Positions 51,766 to 64,000 of a stretch of 64,000 bases of DNA are shown piece by piece (the first letter of the stretch is position 1; the number at the start of each line of letters is the position of its first letter). The position numbers and the translations under genes are program-made. Origin of the DNA: Eledone cirrhosa. Its lineage: Eukaryota. The stretch spans positions 79,670,001 to 79,734,000 of the forward strand of contig OZ024745.1 in NCBI GenBank assembly GCA_964016885.1, given 5' to 3'. The notes under the pieces are model-generated. The model saw only the letters and a list, made by a program, of their open reading frames with translations, made no database searches and had not been told where the DNA came from.

Positions 51766-53735
51766 CGTCAGATTCGGCGCAAGTTACAGATCTTGTGGGC
51801 ATTTTAAACCTTAACATGATAAATAGAAAACTGCCGGAGATTACCGGAGGTTTATATAGGGACGACATACTATTTATTGTAGAAAATAATAACAATAGTG
51901 AATTAAATAGAGTAAAGAAAGCAATTATAGAATTTTTTAAAATTATGACTTGAAATTAGAAGTAGAAAGTAATAATAAAATAGTCAATTTTTAGATGTGA
52001 CTCTAAATCTGAACCCAGGCCTTTATTATCTAAATTTAAGGAACGTTGGTATAATCATAGACATACTTTTAATAGACCAGATAAGAAATTTTCAACTTCA
52101 CTTTCGCAATTAGTATGGTCTTTAAAGGACAATAATATTAAATACTCCATTTCTTGGAGGAAATTAAAGGATGCTACTTCCGACCAGAACTCAACAATTT
52201 CAGAAATTTGCAATCTTTGCAATGAAGAGATTCTACAGATAATCACAAACTATAACAATTTAATCAACAAAAAAAAATTAATTATTTAGTAGTTGTCACC
52301 ATAAAATTGGTAAAACTTTCCAGGCAATGTACCAGTTTCAAAAAAATAATGACAATTAATAATTTAAATATATATAAATGTTGTTTTATTGAAGTATTAA
52401 TTTATTGATATTTATATGTATTGGAATAATTTCATTAAGAGTCTCTTTATCTTATGCTTTGATTAGAATAGTTCAATATTTAATTAGACATCAATTACGA
52501 TATATACAATAGATGATTTATGGCTTTTGAAATATCGCTGGACGTGAGAGTAGAGATAAGTTATAAATGCTTATACGGTGAATGAGTTATCTTCCTTTTG
52601 TTTTTTACATTGTCCGTTAAAATTTCTTTTTGACTAGCTTGTTAAAACATATTAAATATGGAATATGAAGTTTATTAATATATAGACTATCATTAAAAGG
52701 AAACAATATATCAAAATAATTAAATACAGAAGTAAATATAACCATTCATTAAATAAATGAAATAAAAGTAGAGAGTAAATATAACCACAGTTCGCTTCTA
52801 AGAAATAAATGAAAATTAAAGAATAGTAAAGCTTTTATAAAGCGAATTTCTAAATTAAAATAAATTAATTTGGGTAATAAATAAACAAAATATATTATAT
52901 GTATTGATGGGGATATATGCATGGTATTATATTTTAATACATATTTAATAATTATTTAAATACCCTTTAAAGATTAATTCTGTTGTAGTAAAATATTAAT
53001 AGAATATCTTACCTTAAAATAAAAAAATTCTAATCTATAATGAGCTAAATTAAATTATATAAATTTGTAATTAACTTAAATATGTGATAGCTATAGAAAG
53101 TACCTAATAATCTAGATATAATATAAAAGTATAATTAGCTAAAACATAATCCAGTACAAGCAATATTCATTGATATATGTGAATAGATTTTTGATTTCTT
53201 ATTTTGTCTAGCATTTGAATACAACGGTTTTTTATTCCCCTCTATTTCATATTTTCTTCTTCTTTTTCTTCGTTGTTCTTTATTCCCCTTCGTTTCCTCT
53301 TTACTCTCCCCACATCTTCCGTCTCTTTTGTCTTTATTCCTCTTTTCTTTTATATATTTCTTTTCTTCTTTTATTCATTCATCCATTTATTTATTTATTT
53401 ATTTATTCATCAAGATGGCGTAGGACAGAACAAAGGAGAGGCACAAACAAACAAAGAAAAGAATCCCCAGTCACTGAAGAGGTCACAGAATGTGTGACGA
53501 AAGAACTTTGACAATATATAAACAACCATCTGGTTGTGGAACCAACCAACCAACCGGAAATTTATAAATTCCTAAATTTATAAATTTATTATAATAAATT
53601 GAAGTGAAAGCAACTGGTGCGTGTGTTTCTTATTGGCAACATGACCCTCCCAAAGTATAACAATATCGGTTTCAACACACGTTTTCAGATAAAGAATCTT
53701 GCTAAACAAATTCAGAAACGAAATATATTTTTGCG
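51760..53735 (+). mobile_element. Decayed Naiad-like PLE: RT fragment, GIY-YIG C-terminus, long AT-rich 3' UTR, hammerhead 53470-53512, tail
   Basis: GSSDSAQVTDLVG..GGLYRDDILF (51761-52010); STSLSQLVWSLKDNNIKY..CNLCNEEI (52070-52330); hammerhead identical to 27836-27878. Confidence 0.8.
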
Positions 53736-54089
53736 TGTGTGTCATTTTAACGGCTTGACCGCATGCGTTGAACAGGAAGCGAAATATTTACTTACTATAG
53801 GGCTTGCAACCTTATGGTGTGGAAATAGGCTGTCTGAAGATTCATTTCTTTCCATTGGAAATTCTCTGGATTTCCAATCTTTTGGAATGATGAAACCGTC
53901 GGTAACAGCAATAGAACAGGTGATTATTTAAATCGTTTTTTAATTTATTTAGAGAATTGTTTGATAACCGCTTGCTCCGCTACTTTTTATATTGTTCTGG
54001 CATCTCGAATTAGTACCATTGAACCACAAATATTATAAACAACTTGCATATTTCTACAAGTACATTGTACCTGTTGAGGTATTCATCCA

Positions 54090-54125
<36 letters not shown>

Positions 54126-54130
54126 CATAC

Positions 54131-54223
<93 letters not shown>

Positions 54224-54224
54224 A

Positions 54225-54461
54225 AGAATTAGTATATGTACTAACATATATATACAGATGCATACCTATGCCAGCAAATATATAGGTTTTGTCTTAGTAA
54301 CTTTGTGGTTCAATGCATGGGGATGCAGAACAATAATATGAAAGACGTAAAATAAGAAAATTATAAAAATTAACTTACTTAATAAAATTTCACTCCAACT
54401 AATTAGTTTCTGAAAGGGAATAAACATAGTTTCCGAAAAAACGTACGGAGAAGCCTTTCGT

Positions 54462-54466
<5 letters not shown>
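54225..54466 (-). mobile_element. Diverged relative of the 26807 family with tail; hammerhead 54392-54466, 5'-clipped
   Basis: TGATGA-cgaaagg..cctttca-GAAA-ctaattag-TT-ggagt. Confidence 0.7.
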
Positions 54467-54494
<28 letters not shown>

Positions 54495-54685
54495 CGTTAT
54501 TCCGGGTTGAATCGGAGGTAACCATAGTAAGTAAGGTACTCAATACATAGCAGAGTATAAAAGTTTTAATATAGATGAGATTCTACAGGACTAGAACTGT
54601 TTCATTCATTAGAAATCATCAGGAATTCCTGATGATTTCTAATGAATGAAACAGTTCTAGTCCTGTAGAATCTCATCTATATTAA

Positions 54686-54689
<4 letters not shown>
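54495..54689. mobile_element. Zero-spacer palindromic mini-element (54562-54625 / 54626-54689) with tail 54495-54561; hammerhead on both strands
   Basis: Perfect 128-bp palindrome centred on GGAATTCC; CTGATGA at 54629-54635. Confidence 0.9.
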
Positions 54690-54724
<35 letters not shown>

Positions 54725-54783
54725 TAGATATATAGATAGATAGATATGCACGTGTGTCTGAATCTCTCTCTCTCTCTCTCACC

Positions 54784-54873
<90 letters not shown>

Positions 54874-54879
54874 ATTTTC

Positions 54880-54970
54880 TGCTCTCATTTCAAATCCCGC
54901 CAAGGTCAACTTTGTCCTTCATCCATTCGAGGTCGATAAAAAAACATACCAGTCTAGTACTGGGGATTGA
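54880..54970 (+). mobile_element. Partial SINE
   Basis: ttcaaatcccgccaaggtcaactttgtccttcatcc..ggtcgataaaa. Confidence 0.65.
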
Positions 54971-55354
54971 TTCTTCCTGTATATATTTTTCTCACTTCCT
55001 TTCTCTCACTCTCTATCCGTCTCTGGAAAAAATCTGCTGTATTCAGACCTGGAGAGGAGATGGACCCCACCAAATTTAGAAATACCCTAGAAATACCATT
55101 TGCCATTATGGTACCCCTACGACTCTCTCCGGAGTTACGGGTCCATGCTACTATACATGGGCAAGGTGTTTTTGTAGATGACCACCAGTCACCCTTGCAT
55201 TCCTGCCTCCTCTCTCCACGCCACCGATGTCGTCCAAGGGAAAAGTAAAGGCTGAAACAGCTTAACACCAGTGACATCGCAACTTATTTCTACAGCTGAA
55301 TATATATATATGTATGTATATATATATATAGCGGTATATATATATATATATAGC

Positions 55355-55447
<93 letters not shown>

Positions 55448-55505
55448 CGGTATATATATATAGCGGTATATGGTTGTGCGTTCACTTGCAGAGAGAGAGT
55501 ATGGC

Positions 55506-55539
<34 letters not shown>

Positions 55540-55554
55540 CTCATAGCCATACTC

Positions 55555-55679
<125 letters not shown>

Positions 55680-55946
55680 TATATAAACACACAATCAATG
55701 CATCAGACATCATATAATATAGTTTAAGTATTATTTCATGCGAACACAATCCACGTTGATTTAGATTTAGATAGCAACTGTCTCGTGTGATTGCATAGCT
55801 TCACTTTAGAATTAAGTTTTCACGCTGGTTGAGATAGTAACAATATGACGTCTTCTTTCAATTACCTCCTTACCTCCCCTTCCTCCTCTCTTTCTTTGCT
55901 GCTATTGTTGCAGTTGTCGTGGATGTTTGTTTTCAAACTATATTAT

Positions 55947-56488
55947 GACCACCGAGTCCATTGTCATGATCAAACCGCCACCCTCCTTCAAAAACGAAGG
56001 AGAGGCGGTTTTCCTTTGTGTGATAGCTATGGCGAAAGAGGTTGTATGGTGGACAAGGTTGAAAGGGCTGAGGTCAGACACCTTTCTCTCCGGCCAACAA
56101 CTGATTCTTTTTTTCAAATACCACTTTGGAAGAAGAATCAGGATGGAGAGAGAGGTGCTGTACCCCAGCAAGTTTTATGAAAGGTGGGTGAAAGTGGCGA
56201 GAATGGCCCGAGTGAATGGGCCTTCTCTCTATATCAGCCTGTAGATTGAGGAAAAGGAGGAGGAGAGGAAAGGAGTACAAGCTCTTCGTACTCCTGAAGA
56301 TGAGGGTTGCACATTTTTTTCGGGGGTATGTGTTACCCATATAAACTGTCTCCCTCTATTGGGGAAAATCGACTAACTTTTAAATTCCATCTGTGATAAC
56401 ATTTTACACGTTTTTATTGTATGTAAACTTCCCCCTTTGTATTTGTCCCCTTCTTTTGTGCCCCTGTGGCTAATAAAGAAATATATAT
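55947..56488 (+). mobile_element. 3' end fragment of the Tx1-like LINE
   Basis: Near-identical to 35115-35650 (KPPP.FKNEGEAVF..YISL stop, UTR, AATAAA). Confidence 0.9.
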
Positions 56489-56524
56489 TACTCTTACAAG
56501 TCAATTTTTAATCATGTGCAATCC

Positions 56525-56718
56525 TGGCAGTATCGGTAGAGGGTCGGACGCTATGCTATGATGCATAGAGTTACGGCCCTTTCCATTCTGAGTTCAAATC
56601 CCGCCGAAGTTAACTTTGCCTTTCATCCTTACGGGGTCGATAAAATAAAGTACCAGCAATGTCCTGGGTAATTGCTGGCCTTGTGCCAAAATTAGAAACA
56701 ATTATTATTATTATTATT
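56525..56718 (+). mobile_element. tRNA-derived SINE copy
   Basis: Close match to 11106-11292. Confidence 0.85.
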
Positions 56719-56859
56719 GGTTACTGAACGCCATGGTTGACAGAGGCTCGGCTCTGTAAGATATTGTAATTTTTAACCGTTGTAACGATTGTAAATTGTT
56801 TAAAACTTGCACCAAATTGTAGATAAAAACACCCTCCTCCTCGTGAGAGGGTCTTTCTG

Positions 56860-59800
56860 CCCGTTATTTGGCCCTTCGGGGTTAAATAACCAGTTATTGC
56901 GCATTTGTGCCCAATATTCATTTTAAACCGTAAAAAAACATGGCTACAAAAAAGAATTTTCACAAGTCACTCCAACTCCTTCCATCTTCTTCTTCCCCAA
57001 TTGTCATTACGTCAGAGAAAAGATTGTCTCTCTCCCTCCCTTCTTTAAATGTGATGTCGCCTCTGTCGCCTCTTTCGCAAGCGACACCATTAAAGAAAAA
57101 GAAAAATGTAGTTTCTCGTAGCGTTCTTCATCAAGAGAACGCGCGTACCGTGGAACATTTCTCCACGACGACAACAACAACGAAAGATGTGTGCGGTAAA
57201 TACGGAAAGCCATTTCATTCGTCTGACGTCATGAAGAATAGCAGCAGCAGCCGTAATAACAGCAGCAGCAACAACAGTGACGAGGAAAATACTAGTAGCA
57301 GCCGCAACAACATCAGCAGCAGCTTAAACAACAACAGCAACAGCAGCAACAACAACAACAACAACAGCAGCAGCAGCAGCAGCAACAACAACAACAACAA
57401 CAGCAGCAACAGCAGCAGCGGCGGCGGCGGTCGTAGTACCAGCAGCAACAACAAAAGTAACAGCAGCTCTGACGACAGCAACAAGAAAAACCAATCTTGT
57501 TTGCAGGTATCGCAAAGAAGCTGGAAACCTTATAACAAACGAAGAATTACAGGAAGCAAGGAAGATGGTGACGAAAACCGGACACCGAGTAATCTGCAAG
57601 GCAGCCGAAGAACTTTTCGAAATTCAACATCACTGTACGGTCACGTACCGTACAGTAAGAACGAAATCACGTAGAGCTGACAGAGCCACAGAGGCTCAAA
57701 TACAAAAAGCCTTAGGGTCTGTGTGGCAGCGGAAAACGGTAAGACTGGTAAGAATATTACAGAAAGAATATACCAACATTAAAATGAAATTCCCCAACGC
57801 AGTTGGTGATTTCAGAGATCTAGGAGTGGCACTCAACCGGAGAGTATACTCGGATATACTCATAGAAGAGCCGACGACCAGCCGAAGGAACGGTTCAACG
57901 GTCCCTTCACCAGACGATCAAGGTAAGTGACCCTTTCTCCCTTGCCCCGTTCCTCACCCAACATGGCCGGATTCAGGATCGGAAGTGTAAACGTGTGTGG
58001 CTTGAGCTCGGTTTGGAAGCAGGGTCACTTGCTTAACGACCTCAGGTCACTAAACATAGATGTGGTGGCCATCAGCGAGACGATAATTTCCGAAACGCAA
58101 GCTTTCGCACCGATCTTCGATGGTTACGAGGTGTACGCATCTCCGAGCCGTCCGGAAGCGGGGGACGGAGTGGCTGTGTTGTTTCGGAAAGGCTTGGGTC
58201 TCGTCATACGGACCATCTTCCTGAACCCAGAAGGTAAGTCGGTGGTGCTGGACGTGAATGGCACCGAAGGCAACGCTTTCAGGCTAGTAGCCGTCTATGC
58301 CCTGACAGGTGCAGGACGGCCAGATTTCTTCAGACGTCTAGAGACCTTTCTGGGAACGTCCCACTCTTTAGTGTTAGTGGGCGACTGGAACGGTATCTTG
58401 GATGCTCTGGGATTCTGTGGGACTAGTGGATAGGGGAGGAGGGTGCAAGAACCATACCAACCTGCTCAGACGTTTTGAACTGTCTGACAGGTATCAACTG
58501 GATCACCCGAATGTGCCAATGTGGACATGGACTAACCGCATCGGGTCACCCAGATCGTATCTAGATAGGGTATTCTGCAGGGAACTAGATAAGGCTAGTA
58601 TAGGTTGTCCACTATTTAAAATAGTCGATTACATGGACCACAAATTTGTGATCTGTGAGATCGACATAGACAGACTTCATAGACAAGGACCCGGTTACTG
58701 GAAGCTGAACGCGTCTTTCTCGGTGCGCAAAGCCTATAGAGACCGGATTAGCGAATTAGTTAAGCGGGCGTTGACGGGAGCGGTCGTCAACAACAGGTGG
58801 TGCTTTGCTCTGAAAAGGGCAATTAAAGTAGAGTCGATTAGGTTTAGCAAAGGAGTAGCGATAGAGGAAAATAGAGTAGAGGGAGAGCTAGTCAGAAAGC
58901 TAGAAGAGGCGTTTAGGACAGGCATCGCAACCGACGTGCTTGCGGCGAGATTAGCACTCGACCAATTCTTCAACGCAAAACACGAAGGCTGCGTTGTCAG
59001 AGTTAGAGCGCGTGCTCTGAAACACGAGGGGACGAAAGCCGTCCAATGGGCCCGGGTGGCAAAGGCGCGACGTGGCAACAAAGCCACAATTCGGTCTTTG
59101 TCTGACCAAAACGGGCGCGTGTTGCTCGAACCCGAGCAGATGCGTGAGGCTTTTCAGCAGCACTTTGCTGAACTGTTCGGGAGTAGCGGCGGCCGGATCG
59201 GGGTATGGACTTCAGTGCATACCTCGACGGACTGCCTCGGCTCTCGACGACCGCAGCACAGTGTTGCGAAAAGCCAATAACAGCCGGTCAAATACGGGAA
59301 GCGATGGCAAACTGCACGAGGGGTAAATTTCCAGGTTTGGATGGTCTACCCTAAGAGCTTTATGCATTTATGCCAGACTTGTTCGATGACCTCTTGGCAG
59401 ACGTCTATTGCAACTGGGAGCAGAACGGGAGCATTCCCAGTTTTGTGAGCCGGGGAGCGGTGGCGCTGCTGAGAAAAGACCCGAACAAGGGGGATATTAT
59501 CGATAACTTCAGGCCCATAACTCTGCTAAACGCAGAGTTCAAGATTTTGGCCAAGGTGTTAGAAACGAGGTTGGCGCTTGTCGTCGAGGATCTGGTGGGA
59601 GAGGCGCAACATGCGTCATTCCGGACAGATCCATACAAGAAAACCTTCACCTCATGCGATACATCGTAGAGAGGGTGGTTAAGGAACCATGCATGGGTGG
59701 GGCCCTGATCAAATTGGATCAATCCAAAGCATTCGATAGGGTTGACCATCGGTACCTGGCGGCGGTCCTCGAGGCAGCCGGTTTCGGGTCCGTTTTCAGG

Positions 59801-60765
59801 GGTTGGATCGCTGCGATGTACAGCGACATCTGCTCGGTTGTGAGGGTGAACGGTCACCTGTCGCAGCCGTTCAGCATCATGCGCTAGGTCCACCAGGGTT
59901 GTCCCCTCTCGTCCCTCTTGTACGTATTGGCTCTCGAGCCGTTACTGCACAAACTGTGGGCGATGAGGGGCGTCCCACGCGAACTAGGATGCGGGAAATC
60001 CGAGTCGGCTTGCGCCGACGGCGTTACAAGGGTGGTGTCGAGCACCAGAGTCGTCCAGATGCTCGGCACCGCTCTCAAGGAATACGAAGCGGTGACAGGA
60101 GCAAAGATAAACCAGGAAAAGTCGGTGGGCTTGCAACTCGGCACCTGGTGAGGCAAGTCCATGCCGTCCGACAGCGTCGTGGGGCGTTGGACGGACGGAC
60201 CGGTTAAATTGCTCGGGGTCTGGTTCGGACCGGACCTCCAGATGGAGAAAAACTGGAGCGAGGTGACAAGCAGGCTGGCCTCTCTCACCCAGAAATGGGC
60301 CGAGAGGAATCTGTCCCTTAAAGGCCGGGTGGAGGTGGCGAATGCGTACATCGCATCCGCAATCTGCTACCGCCTGACCGTCGTCCCTTGCCCCGGCCCA
60401 ACTCTCACCAAAATGGAGCGCCTTCTCTTCCGCTTTTTGTGGAAAGAACGCGCTCCCATGGTCAGACGATCCATCTGCTGTCAATACCCGTTGCGTGGAC
60501 ATGCCATGGCTGATGATGCGCAAACATGCGCTGAGGCTGCGACATCTCTGGTGTTTCCTTGACGGTGAATAGGTGTGGTCGCCGTTCGCCAGGCACGTTT
60601 TCCCACAGCTCCTCTCCTTGACGGAGCTGCAGTCCTGGGTCAGGAAAAGACCGGGGGATAGCGCTTGGAAACTGGGATGTCTCCAGGTGCTCACCGCCCT
60701 CTGCCAGCTGGGCACCAGTATCGGTGGAACATCCACCTCGGCGTTCTATAGAGGACTAGTGGAGG
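56860..60765 (+). pseudogene. Degenerate Tx1-like LINE: internally deleted ORF1 (ends 57930) and ORF2 from ATG 57963 with multiple stops and frameshifts
   Basis: IGSVNVCGL, AISET, GDWN, GYWKLN, FRPITLLN, LDQSKAFDRV; homologous to 32150-34800. Confidence 0.85.
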
Positions 60766-61467
60766 GTCATCTTGGAAGCAGGGTCACCTGCTCAACGACC
60801 TTAGGTCACTAAACATAGATGTGGTGGCCATCAGCGAGACCAGAATCTCCGAAGCACGAGCCTTCGCACCGATCTTCGGCGGCTACGATGTATACGCATC
60901 TCCCAGCCGTCCAGGATTGGAGGGGGGAGGGGGGTAGAGCTGCTGTGCTTTTTCGGGGAGGCTTGGATCTCGCCATACGGGCCAACTTCCTGGACCCAGA
61001 AGGCAAGTCGGTGGTGCTGGACGTGACCGGCAGCGAAGGCAATGCTTTTAGGCTAGTAGCAGTCTACAGGGCAGGACGGCCAGATTTCTTCAGACGTCTA
61101 GAGACCTTTCTGGGAACGTCCCGCTCCTTAGTGTTAGTGGGCGACTGGAATGGTATCTGAGATGCACGCTGGGATTATGTGGGGCTAGTAGACAGGACAG
61201 GAGGGTGTAAAAGCCTCAACAACCTGCGCAGACGTTTTGAACTGTCTGACAGGTATAGACTGGATTATCTGAATGCACCAATGTGGACATGGGCAAACCG
61301 CATCGGGTCATCCAGATCGTATTTAGATAGGGTATTCTGTAGGGAAACAGATAAAGCTAGTGTAAGTTGTCCACAATTTCAAGTAGTCGACTACACGGAC
61401 CAGAAATTCGTGATCTGTGAGGTTGACTTAGATAGACTCCATAGGCAAGGGCCCGGTTACTGGAAGC
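60766..61467 (+). pseudogene. Second AP-endonuclease fragment of the same LINE family
   Basis: Restarts at sequence homologous to ~58012 (ggaagcagggtcac) and runs to GPGYWK. Confidence 0.85.
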
Positions 61468-62156
61468 CACGTGCATTTAAGCTGCCTATTCTAAGTACGG
61501 CCATGTTGGATGAGGAGCGGGGCAAGTGAGAAAGGATCACTTACCTTGATCGTGTGGGGAAGGGACAGTAGAACCGTCTCCTCGGCTGGTCATGGGTCTC
61601 TCCAAGACGATATCTTTGTGGATTCTTTTGGAGAGGAACCCCTTGAAATCCCCAACTGCGTTGGGGAATTTTTGTTTTAATTGTTTGCAGTTTTCGAGTT
61701 CAATTTCTACAATGTTAATGTTTTTTGGTAATGTTCTTGGTGTTGGTGGTGTGTGGTAATTTACGTCTGAAATATCGGTGTGGTGTTTTATGTGTTCCAT
61801 TAGTCCTTGGTGTGCAATATTTATGGCTGTGTACCTTTTTGGGGGAGGGGTGGTTTTGTTGCTGTTGGGTTTGTGTGCTTTTTTGTGTTTGTGATGTTGG
61901 TGTTTTTGGTGATGCTGCTGGTGGTGTGGTTGCTGTTGGTGGTGATGGTGATTTTGGTCGTGTTGCTGCAAGTCACCTTACAGTCTTTATTCTTCTTTCT
62001 TTGCCTTCGCTTTTGGAGGGAGGAGCTGTGGTGTTTTTTCGTTGTTTTTTTTTGTTAACAACCGTTTTCCACACCTCAGCCGCCTCATACTCCATGTCCG
62101 ACTGTGAGAGGTCTGGAGGGGTATGAGTTCTACCCTCTCATTTGTCTTTGTTGTTG

Positions 62157-62188
<32 letters not shown>

Positions 62189-63620
62189 CGTGGTGGTCGT
62201 GGTGGTCGTGGTGGAGCCTGGTTTGCCGCTCCTGGCACAGGTGCAGCTAGTGCAACTGTTTCTGTTGCTGCAGCTGCCGTCGCTGTTTTTGTTGTCCGTG
62301 GCTTTGGTGTGGGTGCCATGGACGCTGTCTTCCTATTCTCTCTAGAAGCTCCCGACTTTTTCGCTGACTTCTCTGTTTCTGATGGCAACGGTTCCGGCGT
62401 TGGAAGGAGGGTGACTTTGGCCTTTATTATTTTCTGTGGGCAGAAAACCCTGAGGTGAGACTTTGATCCACAGTTGAAGCATTTTGGGCGCCTTCCTTCA
62501 ACAGATCTGGGAAGTTGGCATCCATTCCCGAGGTCTATTACGTCGGGAATAGCGCTGATACAGTCCTGGTCGGTTTGGATGAGCATCTCCATTCCAATAC
62601 TGGACCAGTCCTCTCTCCCCAACTTCTGTACCCGCAGAATGGTTGTTCTATCCTCGATGCCCGCTAGAACAGACACGACCAGCCAAGGCACGGGTACGTA
62701 GGGCGGGACCTGGGTTACCTTGACCTTTGCAATTTTTCCCGTAGTAAAACGGGACTAATATTATGTCATCACTCCGTAGGGTCCTCAGTGAGTGCGATTT
62801 TGCTTCCTGGGTGGTAGCAAAAAGGACGTCCACAGTAGCATATTTCTTGCCACGGGTGATGTGGGTTTTCCGTGCCTACACAGTTCCCAAAGCCTTCTGG
62901 ATTTGGGCCTCCGAGGCTTTCTCCACACGACACGATTTCGTGGCAATCGTGCGGTACAACACTGTGCGTCGCTCTTGTTCCTCCAGGACACTGAAAATTC
63001 AGTTCTGGTTACCATGTGTCTGGCGACTGCCATCTCCTCCTCTGTGATCAGGATTGTTTCTACGTTGCGAGTTACCTTTGCAAAAGAGGTGGTTTCTTTT
63101 TCAGTGGCGTCATTGTTGCCACCGCTACTGCTGCTACTGGACTTGTTGTTGGTGATGCTGTTGTTGTTGTTGCCACTGCTACAAACGGTATTGTTGGTGT
63201 TGCTGCTGCTGCCGCCGCTACTGATACCACAGGTGTTATTGTTAATACTGTCGCTGCTGCTGCTGCTGTTGCTATTGGTACCACAGGTGTTATTGTTAAT
63301 ACTGCTGCTGCTGCTGCTATCTCCCTTGTTGTCAAATGTATCAGCAGTAGCCGCGTCAAGACTGCCGTTTGGTGAAGAGGAAAGAGTGGCATTCGTCTGA
63401 CTTACTATTTGGTGAAGAAGAGGAAAAGGAAAGCGAGACTCCACGCTGACTGTTGCTAGTTTCTTTGGTGTCAAATGTATCAAATGTATCAGCAGTAGCC
63501 GCTTCACGACTGATACTTGATGGAGGGGAGAGGGGAGTGGCATTCGCTTGACTATGGGACGGTGAAGAAGACGAAAAGGAAAGCGAGACCCCACGTCGAC
63601 AGCTGGACGAAGAAAAAGAA
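61464..63620 (-). pseudogene. Tx1-like LINE ORF1 (gag-like CCHC knuckle) plus the first codons of ORF2, frameshifted
   Basis: CFNCGSKSHLRVFC; AQIQKALG; C-terminus FPNAVGDF..STVPSPHDQGK matches 57565..57930; then MAVLRIGSLNARG. Confidence 0.8.
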
Positions 63621-63714
63621 GGTTGAGAAGGATATCTTGCTGAAAGGGTAATTTGTGAGTGAATACACGGCATGGAATTGGATTTTTTGAATGACCCCCT
63701 GCAGAACGGAACGC

Positions 63715-64000
63715 ATTATCATGCATCTGTCCTACATGGGTAAAAGGACAGCAAAGGTACGCATTCCCAGCATCCCACCAGGAATGAACATATGGTGGCT
63801 GCTGGGATGCGTAATCGAAGAGGGGACAGACACTACCCTCCTGGATATCAAAAGGACAGAGAGAGAGGACTGGTCCGGAATGGATTTGGAGATTCTTCTC
63901 CAAATGAAACCGGAGGATATGAATAACATCCCGGATTTTGCCCGCCTGCAAGACGGGACAACAATCCAACTAATCATTGACGGAAGAAGGCCACGCTGCT
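63715..64000 (+). pseudogene. Another LINE ORF1 fragment running off the window
   Basis: TTLLDIKRTEREDWSGMDLEILLQ..IPD..LIIDGRRPRC is homologous to TTILRVQKLGREDWSSIGMEMLIQ..VEGRRPKC at 61987..62691. Confidence 0.7.

Overview
Eukaryotic, AT-rich, microsatellite-dense animal DNA. The SINE types and (TA)n/(CA)n load suggest a coleoid cephalopod such as Octopus (inference). I recognise no host protein-coding gene; most listed ORFs are microsatellite artefacts. The window is a nest of retroelements: several Penelope-like elements (PLEs; RT + GIY-YIG, Naiad-like and Neptune-like), Tx1/L1-clade LINE copies, a CRE-clade restriction-like-endonuclease (RLE) retrotransposon, tRNA-derived SINEs and a probable non-autonomous Helitron. 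The main structure is about a dozen PLE-derived insertions, from ~190 bp to ~3.9 kb and from many unrelated families, mostly sitting in (TA)n tracts as asymmetric palindromes. They carry type I hammerhead ribozyme motifs, including U3-A8 and U4C core variants and covarying stems. One arm has an unpaired tail that often starts with a covarying hairpin (ACTC..GAGT / GCTC..GAGC / GTTC..GAAC). The other arm stops a few nt upstream of that hairpin, at TA microhomology with the flanking repeat. All structures were read and folded by eye, so coordinates may be off by a few bases.
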